DNA of 32,000 bases from Microcystis aeruginosa NIES-2549 (lineage in GTDB: Bacteria > Cyanobacteriota > Cyanobacteriia > Cyanobacteriales > Microcystaceae): assembly GCF_000981785.2 (NCBI RefSeq), contig NZ_CP011304.1, positions 3,540,001-3,572,000 of the forward strand. Reading direction: 5' to 3'. The notes under the pieces are model-generated. The model was given only the letters and a program-made list of their open reading frames with translations, was not told the DNA's origin and ran no database searches. Position 1 is the first letter of the stretch. Every line of letters begins with the position of its first letter. The translations under genes were made by a program, and so were the position numbers. Of this stretch, positions 17,601-24,051 are shown one piece after another.

Positions 17601-20033
17601 CTCAAGCGAGAGGGAACGGAAATTCAGCTACGGGTGGATTCGATGGTATGGAAAGCGCAGAAAGTCGATCGGGTAAAACTCGATCCCACCGTTCGGAAAC
17701 TCCGGGATAGCCTTCTCGAAGAGCGGGAAGTGAACGCTTACTTTCAGAACTTTTATGATCGACAGGCCACGACGATCCGCAAAATGGAAGGGCGGGAACA
17801 TACTGGACAGGTTGCCAACGACAAACGCCAAGAACGAGAGGAGAAGTTTCGGAAAGGGGAACTAGCGGCTTTATTTTGCTCACCAACAATGGAGTTAGGG
17901 ATCGACATTTCCGATTTAAGTATCGTCCATCTACGCAACGTCCCTCCCTCGCCCGCAAATTACGCTCAAAGAAGTGGACGGGCCGGTCGGGGCGGACAGG
18001 AAGCCCTCGTTATCACTTATGCGGCCTACGGAAACGGTCACGATCAATATTTTTATAATCGACAGGCACAAATGGTGTCGGGGGTTGTTGTTCCCCCGAA
18101 ATTGGAACTAGCTAACCCCGATCTGGTTAAATCCCATCTTTATTCGCTCTGGCTTTCCTACACGGGGGTCGATCTAGGTAACTCGATGAATCAAATCCTC
18201 GACTTAGAGAAAGACGGATACCCGATTAAAGACGGTATCTGGCAACAGTTAAAGTTATCTTCCAATAAACTCAACCTGTGTTGGGATGATGCTCGCACGA
18301 TTCTCGGTGATGTTTATTGTCAGGGGGATCTCGCTCAAACAAACTGGTACAGTGCAGACTGGCTGAAACAGACTCTAGAAAATGCCTCTGACGAGTTCCA
18401 CAATACTTGCAATCGCTGGCGTAGGTTGTACCGAGAAGCGACCGAGCAGTTACAAAAAGCCCGCGAGACTATCGATCGAGCCGTTAGAGGTGGAGTGACC
18501 GACGAGGAGAAAAAGAAAGCGAATGTTTCAGAAGAAGATGCCAAGCGTCAACGGGACTTATTGGTAGGATCGGACAGGAAAGGGCGTTCTCAAAGCGAGT
18601 TTGAATTTTATCCCTACCGTTATTTTGCCAGCGAGGGATTTTTACCTGGATTTAATTTCCCCCGTCTCCCCGTGCGTGGTTTTATTCCCGCAGGGAACAA
18701 GGGAGAATTTATCTCCCGCCCTCGTGCCGTCGCTATTCGAGAACTAGCTCCCAGAAATATCATTTATTACGAGGGCAGTAAATTCCAGATCGCGAGAACG
18801 AGAATTTCGCCTCAAGGAGAACAGCAGTTCCGCCGAATTTCGGCTTGTTCTCGATGCGGTTATTTCCATGCCGATACGGAAGCGAATCGAGATACCTGTG
18901 AAAACTGCGGTGCTAGGCTCCAAGATCGGCTCTACCATGTTCTCGTACTCGATACGATGATTACCCGTAGAAGGGAACGGATCACCTGTGACGAGGAAGA
19001 CAGACTCAAGTACGGCTATATTCTGACCACCCATTTTCGCTACGACTCCCATAAACGTCGTAAAGCTCTAGTAACCGCGGCGGACAGTACGGAACTTCTA
19101 AAAATTTCCTACGGGGAAACCGCCAGTATCCGACGAATTAATCGAGGTTTACGATTTAATCAAGAGCGAGGATTTAGATTGGATACCGCGAAGGGAGAAT
19201 GGTTAGATGCGAAACAAGATAACCCATCCAGTAACTCGCAAGCGGGCATTAGCCTGATGGTAGAAGATACCCGTAATATTCTCGTCGTCGAACCCTGTTG
19301 GGGTAAGGCCGATCTCGCTCCGGAATTCCTAATCACCTTTCAACACGCTTTAGCGAGAGCGATACAAGCTCATTACAAATTGGAGGCCGAAGAATTAGCC
19401 TCGGAAAAATTGGGCGAGGGAGGATACATTCTCTTTTGGGAGTCTGCCGAGGGAGGAGCGGGAGTCTTAGCTCAAATTCTCGATAATCCCACATCTTTCC
19501 AGAATTTAGCCCAACAAGCCCTTGATATATGCCATTTTAAGCAGGATAAGCCCGATTGCGCTCAAGCCTGTTACGAGTGCTTGTTATCCTATCAAAATCA
19601 GTTTGACCATCCCTATCTAAATCGACATTTGATTAAAGATTTTCTAGAACAGCTTGCCGGAAGTCGGTTATCCTTCTCCCAAGAGGGCGATCGGGAACAA
19701 TCCTATCAAATCCTTCTCCAACAAAGCGATCCCAATTCGGAATACGAGAAAGTCGTGTTAAAGGCTATTTATGAGCAGGGCCTGCCACTGCCAGATCGGG
19801 CGGGAGTATATATCCCCGATGCGGACTGCAAACCTGATTTCATCTACGAGAATCTTAAAATTGCAATTTTCTGCGATGGCTCGGTTCACGATCATCGCGA
19901 TCAACAGGAACAAGATCGCGTCAAACGAGAGAATCTAAAATGGCACGCCCGTTATAAAGTTTTTAGTTTTAATTACCAATCAGACTTACAGGAGCAAATA
20001 GATAAACTACAAGCCATGTTAAGTCCAACATAA
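14688..20033 (+). CDS. drmA: DEAD/DEAH helicase fused to DUF1998 (MrfA-type Zn-binding) and a C-terminal Vsr/DUF559-like PD-(D/E)xK domain (DISARM DrmA+DrmB-like fusion; DruE-like is the alternative)
   Basis: Helicase motif I 'TTGTGSGKS', motif II 'VLDELHTY', 'GTSATM', motif VI 'YAQRSGRAGRGG'. DUF1998 hallmarks are 'CSRCGYFH...CENCGA' (~18844-18912) and 'CAQACYECLLSYQNQ' (~19558-19602). The C-terminus 'CKPDFIYENLKIAIFCDGSVHDH' resembles the Vsr/DUF559 core 'PD....A+F.DG..WH'. Confidence 0.8.
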   Translation: MILKDLLAGGIPAITATSTFIGMGMLPQKLNANGVDTLTDEQIEALFSNIPADWSFSDLAERVFDESTVSESLADRLIAYIDQKHGGESLTPEPRESSEPEGDSPRKFDIFTLRDEIVEDYRGYIESFLSIKDKRIKEFVNRELDRGQLWKDPLVQLNPPYKRGATVGQLIGRGILHQDCDRYFPNFTFFEHQETAFQLARQNLPYVVTTGTGSGKSLTYVVPIINDILENPTLQGVRAILVYPMNALINSQEEEFKKFLENIPDSPIKVAKYTGQESLTEKAEIQNNPPHILLTNYVMLELMLTRVHEDKLVASPDLKFLVLDELHTYRGRQGADVALVIRKLKRRCDKSLVCIGTSATMSTEGDRADRKRTVAEVASKLFGVEISPDRVIDETLERAISRPDPTVAELQQSLQQEVSPEEEQTDEAFQQHPLVAWIEMNLGLEEEDGYLKRRTPISLKEAADQLAKLTKIDTGVCLDRLREMLLWSGRLNASKTKNSREVRGLPFRLHQFISQGGSVYATIEPHERRELTLEGQYRTTRDRLLFPIVFCRECGHDYYVVRYDSEKYQITPLIPTAIDEENDEDITEGYLTLDEPDLWDINDEERLPDTWFNLNKSGRKVKKDFAKFIPRELYVYPDGRIVTGAFSTDDPIQPVRCWFIPKPFLTCLNCGVVYDRKTTEYRKLSRLSSEGRSTATTLLCLSTVNRLKLNLNIQETAAKILSFTDNRQDASLQAGHFNDFVQTSFLRGSLNRALQNHGYLTHAELAAKVVNAMGLTQEQYAEQPVTFGTGKTRNEKAFEDLIQYRLYDDLKRGWRIVQPNLEQSGLLAIEYPDLENNCQNLAPWQKYPHPVLVSATPEQRLKAASFLLDHLRKNLALDADLLQSNRLNELQRRVNQALNQAWKFDDHEYLPPATKASHLNNPRSGATVKLTAKSKVGKYLRSEQLWGHKVTEAEYESLIVSLINALADSGYLKREGTEIQLRVDSMVWKAQKVDRVKLDPTVRKLRDSLLEEREVNAYFQNFYDRQATTIRKMEGREHTGQVANDKRQEREEKFRKGELAALFCSPTMELGIDISDLSIVHLRNVPPSPANYAQRSGRAGRGGQEALVITYAAYGNGHDQYFYNRQAQMVSGVVVPPKLELANPDLVKSHLYSLWLSYTGVDLGNSMNQILDLEKDGYPIKDGIWQQLKLSSNKLNLCWDDARTILGDVYCQGDLAQTNWYSADWLKQTLENASDEFHNTCNRWRRLYREATEQLQKARETIDRAVRGGVTDEEKKKANVSEEDAKRQRDLLVGSDRKGRSQSEFEFYPYRYFASEGFLPGFNFPRLPVRGFIPAGNKGEFISRPRAVAIRELAPRNIIYYEGSKFQIARTRISPQGEQQFRRISACSRCGYFHADTEANRDTCENCGARLQDRLYHVLVLDTMITRRRERITCDEEDRLKYGYILTTHFRYDSHKRRKALVTAADSTELLKISYGETASIRRINRGLRFNQERGFRLDTAKGEWLDAKQDNPSSNSQAGISLMVEDTRNILVVEPCWGKADLAPEFLITFQHALARAIQAHYKLEAEELASEKLGEGGYILFWESAEGGAGVLAQILDNPTSFQNLAQQALDICHFKQDKPDCAQACYECLLSYQNQFDHPYLNRHLIKDFLEQLAGSRLSFSQEGDREQSYQILLQQSDPNSEYEKVVLKAIYEQGLPLPDRAGVYIPDADCKPDFIYENLKIAIFCDGSVHDHRDQQEQDRVKRENLKWHARYKVFSFNYQSDLQEQIDKLQAMLSPT

Positions 20034-20572
20034 GACCCTTTTTCGTCCGATTGTGGTTTAACGCCAGTTCGGTTTAAGGGAATTTTGCCATAGCTTCCAC
20101 GAAAGAATAGGAGTTTCAGGCTACGGTAGTATCAGGGTTTTAGCTTATCCCGAACTGAGGTTAAAAAATTAACAAAACCCTTACTGCATGCAGCTTCTCA
20201 GAAAAAATTGACAAGCCGTCACTGGGTACATTTTTCGCTTGAACATGGCTGTATCTGGAGTAGAGCGATTCCCTAAAGTTCGCTGTATAGCGATCGCTAA
20301 CCTGATGGCAATTAATCTTTAGAGTAAGGGATACCTCTGTAGCCATGTTTTTACTGGTTTTCTGACCCGAAACAAGCTATAATGGTCTAAAGGTCAAATT
20401 TGAAAAATTTTGCCTCAAACCCTATCAGCGTAAAGACTTCAGGATTTTGTGTCTAATAGTTCATCAGTATTATATCGCTTTAACTCAGGCTCTCTAAGAC
20501 TTTTAGCGATAGCTAGTATGTTTATACAGGGGAAGTCAAGTAATGAGATGCTTCCCATAACTTTTCTCTCTA

Positions 20573-20666
20573 AGTAGTCGTGCAAAATAAATTTCCTAGT
20601 GAAGATAGGCAAGAAGCAAGAAGCAAAAGCTTTATCGCAATGTGTAATTAATTTTGCTTAGGTACT
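20573..20666 (+). mobile_element. 94-bp MITE, copy R (flanked by TA/TA)
   Basis: Inverted copy of 5277-5370. The surrounding sequence (20556-20572 plus 20667-20715) is contiguous as an unfilled paralogous site at 27912-27975, which defines the insertion to the base, with a TA (or TAA) duplication. Confidence 0.7.
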
Positions 20667-20668
20667 TA

Positions 20669-20715
20669 AAATCTCCAACCTTGGTTGGCAAATATTTAGA
20701 GTAGCCAACATTAAA
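20669..20715 (+). promoter_or_regulatory. Conserved 5' element with inverted repeat CCAACC-TT-GGTTGG (copy 1, ~220 nt upstream of CDS 20936)
   Basis: 'aaatctccaaccttggttggcaaatatttagag' is near-identical to 27929-27961. Its function as an operator or promoter is inferred only. Confidence 0.35.
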
Positions 20716-20935
20716 CTGTTTTACAAGTAAACTTAAGTTTTTTTCATAATAGGTTTGGTATGGACGATAATTTCACGCTAAAAAATCTTTGCAGAAAAAT
20801 AAGATTGACACTTACGTCGCTAAAAAATAGGTCAGAAATCATTCGAGATTTTATTCTGGACTTAGAGACTTATTTATAGTCGTATGAGCGGCACATAACA
20901 ACATTAACTACTTTCAATTAAAATCAATAATCAAA

Positions 20936-22585
20936 ATGAGCAATGTCAAGATAAGACTAAATTTTACAACTAATTTATTTACAGGTATTTTAATTACCTT
21001 TGGAATTGCTATATCTGGAATTATTAGTCAAAACAGTGCAGTAATGGCTACTAATATCGACAATCGAATAACTCCAAATTTATCAAAAACAACTAAAAAG
21101 ACCGTGGCAATTTGCATCTTTGGTTTTTGTGTAGATACTCCTTCTCTTCCAACGCAAATACAAAATACTATAGAACAAGGTGCTTCTTCAATTATATTGC
21201 AACAATTCCGTTCTTTTCTCAGTAACGAAATTCCTATATCAGGAACAGAACATAAACTGTATCCTGTTACATATTCTCTCTTTGGCGAAGCATTTTTACC
21301 ATCTAAATTATATTTAAATCACTTTAAAGACTCTCATTTTATTCAGTCTGGAGACTATCAAATTCCTGCACATTTTTATTGTACTCATGTTTATACTTTC
21401 AATGGCTCTGGAAATCGTTATCGCCTTGCAAAAATTAATGGCAAAATGTCACAAGCACTAAGTGCATTGTATAAGCGTGCCAGTTTAAGCGAAGTGCCAG
21501 TTCAAGATATTCAGAAATTATCTTGGAGCATTCAAACAGGAGTTTCTTACCATAAATTACCTGAATCTTCTCAAATATTAGTCGATCAGTTAATTCCTGA
21601 ATATCGCCAAAATATGAATGATAGTTTTATGACTAATACAATAAATTTTTATGATAATCTTTCTCGTCAATTCTCTTTACCATCTTTGGATAAGTTTCTA
21701 AGTAATTTGGGAGAGATAGGAACTCTTGTGAAGGCTTTACTCCGCGCACGAGAGCAGGTTATCAATACAAGACTAGATTATTCCACACTTGCTAATTCTT
21801 TTGTTATTCAACAAAATCTTAATTTAATGGGAGGCATTGAAAGTACACCTTGGAGCCAAGTAAATGAGCAACTGTACCTACGGTTAATTGCTCCACAAGG
21901 AGCGATGAATGATGGAATTATACAAGTTAGAATTCTTAGGACAAACAAACAATCTAAAAAGGTTACTTCCCATCGTCTATTTGCAATGAATACCGATATA
22001 AATTCATTTAAACTGCTGACCGTAAATGATAATTCTGTTTCTTCATTACCTACGGCAGGAGAATTAAGGAATATAATATCTCAATTAATTGGTATTCCTG
22101 AAGCAAACGGTCATCAAGCAATTACTGCAAGTATTTTATCTCCCCCTGAAATAATGTCAAGGACTGATAGATTGGGAGCGCTTCAAGCAACTAAAGAGTT
22201 TAAACCTGGTACTGTTGGCTACGGTGTATATAAGGCAATTGAAGCTCTGTACTATGGAAACGAATTTTTAGGTGGATATGGAGCATTTGCAAATAAATAT
22301 AGCGCAGAAATTGGTGCTTTTTTTCAGCGTTCAGATATTCAAGAATTAATGAAACAACCAATTAATAGTCAAGCAAATTTATTAGTTGCTAAGGCAGAAT
22401 TTGACTATTGGACTTTCGTACAAAATAACCCACGATCTACAGCAGAAGATAAAGAAGGGGCAAGAATAGCTCTTAAGTTTTCACCAGAGGTCAGAGCCAA
22501 ACTACAAGTGTATTATGCGAATGGAGACTATACACGCGCTAATTTGTTAATTATCAAAAATTATCCTGGAATTATTTTTCACTAA
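20936..22585 (+). CDS. Secreted/membrane-anchored hypothetical protein (549 aa)
   Basis: Long ORF with an N-terminal hydrophobic segment, 'LFTGILITFGIAISGIISQNSAVMA'. I recognised no catalytic motif. Confidence 0.6.
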   Translation: MSNVKIRLNFTTNLFTGILITFGIAISGIISQNSAVMATNIDNRITPNLSKTTKKTVAICIFGFCVDTPSLPTQIQNTIEQGASSIILQQFRSFLSNEIPISGTEHKLYPVTYSLFGEAFLPSKLYLNHFKDSHFIQSGDYQIPAHFYCTHVYTFNGSGNRYRLAKINGKMSQALSALYKRASLSEVPVQDIQKLSWSIQTGVSYHKLPESSQILVDQLIPEYRQNMNDSFMTNTINFYDNLSRQFSLPSLDKFLSNLGEIGTLVKALLRAREQVINTRLDYSTLANSFVIQQNLNLMGGIESTPWSQVNEQLYLRLIAPQGAMNDGIIQVRILRTNKQSKKVTSHRLFAMNTDINSFKLLTVNDNSVSSLPTAGELRNIISQLIGIPEANGHQAITASILSPPEIMSRTDRLGALQATKEFKPGTVGYGVYKAIEALYYGNEFLGGYGAFANKYSAEIGAFFQRSDIQELMKQPINSQANLLVAKAEFDYWTFVQNNPRSTAEDKEGARIALKFSPEVRAKLQVYYANGDYTRANLLIIKNYPGIIFH

Positions 22586-22803
22586 AGTATGAACAAAGAC
22601 TACTTATTAACTAGCACAAATATCTCGAATTCTTACCGAACAACGGTTTTATACAAAATCAGTGTGACCAAATCTCAAACGCTATTGACAATAGGTCAAT
22701 TTTGTAATCCGTTGAAATGTTTACACTGATATCCGCTAGGTGCTTCTTATTTATAGCGTTTATGCTATCATACCCTTGACCCTTCTGAACCGTTATAAAA
22801 GCT

Positions 22804-23346
22804 ATGACATCTCTTAAAAAGATAGTAAATTTACTTAACTGTTTTCTTTGTTTAAATTTATTAAATTTAATTGCTTACAAACCAATGTTAGGACAATTAT
22901 TTATTGCCAGTCCTATTTTGAAGAATAGTGATGATAAGCAAATCTTAGAAGAACCTAAATTAGTGTTAACTAGAAACAAAAAATATGCAGAATACGAAGG
23001 TCAACTTGTCGCACCAGGACATGGTAATCAAAATTATAAAATTATTCGCATAGATACAACTAATTTTATTACAGGTGGAACTTTAAGAATAGATATTCAG
23101 GTTGGCTCTGGTCAAAGCCAAGCCTCTTTTGATTTATTTGCAGAGGATGCAGTCATTCCTATTGCGGGCAGACCACAACAAAGTTTAGCTGGTGCTTATG
23201 ATATTTCACCTGATTCGGGGACATCTCTTACTTATAAATTTGATAAGGGAGAAGTCTTCCAATTTGGTGCAACTGGCAATTGGTTTAGTCCAAAAGGAAG
23301 TCGTAATAGCTATAGAATTAAAGCTTATGTAATTCCCAAAATTTAG
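22804..23346 (+). CDS. Small exported hypothetical protein (180 aa), beta-rich
   Basis: N-terminal hydrophobic leader. The C-terminal ~100 aa looks like a beta-sandwich ('GGTLRIDIQVGSGQSQASFDLFAED...'). No family was recognised. Confidence 0.5.
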   Translation: MTSLKKIVNLLNCFLCLNLLNLIAYKPMLGQLFIASPILKNSDDKQILEEPKLVLTRNKKYAEYEGQLVAPGHGNQNYKIIRIDTTNFITGGTLRIDIQVGSGQSQASFDLFAEDAVIPIAGRPQQSLAGAYDISPDSGTSLTYKFDKGEVFQFGATGNWFSPKGSRNSYRIKAYVIPKI

Positions 23347-23445
23347 TCTTTATAATTGCCTTTTAACAAATAGATGAGGAAAATCTATGGTCAATCTTTT
23401 AACTTATAGTATGGCTAGTGTTTTTATATTGCATGAGTAATTCGG

Positions 23446-24051
23446 TTATACACTGCCTGTAAGAATTGCGATAATACCAAGAATTGTATGGCTAAGAGTA
23501 ATACTATAAAAATTCTTAAAGCGATTATAGTGATATGCCCAATATAAACCGATAATTAAACTTAATAAAACTGTTAGCAGGTCTTGATAAATGCTATGAG
23601 CAAAACTATAAAGAATAGCAGTGATGATAATGATAGAACCTTGATTAAGTTGAATTTGAGCAAGTCGATTAAAAAGGTAGGAACGGTATAAAAATTCTTG
23701 TAGTGGAGATGAAAGTGAAATGTAAAATACATAGAAATACCAAGGAATACCAGTGTTATCAATTCGCATTCCATGATTAAGATAAAAAACAATCATTAAA
23801 ACGGAAGATATTATGGTTACGGGTAAAATATCTTTAATCGCTGGTAATAAATTTTGATGATTAAAGCCTAAATCTGCTGGAGCAATCTCGTTGAGCATCG
23901 CTAGACCGATAATCAAAGCTCCTGTGATGGTTAATACTAAAAAGCGATCACTAAAGGAAATAACCTTTGTTAGAATTAAAACAACAGGTAGGATATAGAG
24001 AAAAGAGATCACTACAGAAGTTGTTATTTGTGATGATGATAAGAGTTTCAT
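23446..24051 (-). CDS. CPBP-family (CAAX/Abi-type) intramembrane protease
   Basis: Polytopic 201-aa protein with 'LQEFLYRSYLF' (EExxxR-type motif 1), 'LYSFAHSIY' (FxxxH motif 2) and 'TLSHTILGI' (motif 3 His). Its start overlaps the stop of the upstream CHAT gene (ATGA at 24048-24051). Confidence 0.7.
   Translation of the reverse strand: MKLLSSSQITTSVVISFLYILPVVLILTKVISFSDRFLVLTITGALIIGLAMLNEIAPADLGFNHQNLLPAIKDILPVTIISSVLMIVFYLNHGMRIDNTGIPWYFYVFYISLSSPLQEFLYRSYLFNRLAQIQLNQGSIIIITAILYSFAHSIYQDLLTVLLSLIIGLYWAYHYNRFKNFYSITLSHTILGIIAILTGSV

Noticed and set aside
1014-19052. Numerous 60-160-aa antisense or out-of-frame ORFs nested in the large GC-rich genes (e.g. 1014-1232-, 2953-3423-, 7491-7736-, 9751-10026-, 17041-17340-, 17602-17958-, 18744-19052-)
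   Set aside because: These are typical stop-poor alternative frames of GC-rich coding DNA. All are fully contained in longer ORFs with strong family motifs.
7358-20033. Search for a PLD (HxKxxxxD) DrmC-like gene or a separate DUF1998 gene in or next to the locus
   Set aside because: No ORF of suitable size with an HKD motif is visible between 7054 and 20935. DUF1998 is present only as a domain of the 1781-aa protein. The absence is reported as a finding rather than as a feature.
20161-20346. 61-aa minus-strand ORF in the long non-coding interval
   Set aside because: It has no ribosome-binding site or recognisable motif, and it sits among IS-end-like debris. I treat it as spurious, though a small protein or ncRNA cannot be excluded without expression data.
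5277-20666. Composite transposon formed by the two 94-bp MITE copies carrying the DISARM block
   Set aside because: The right copy is a simple insertion with its own TA duplication, and an unfilled paralogous site exists at 27912-27975. The outer flanks of the two copies do not share a common target duplication. The element encodes no transposase.
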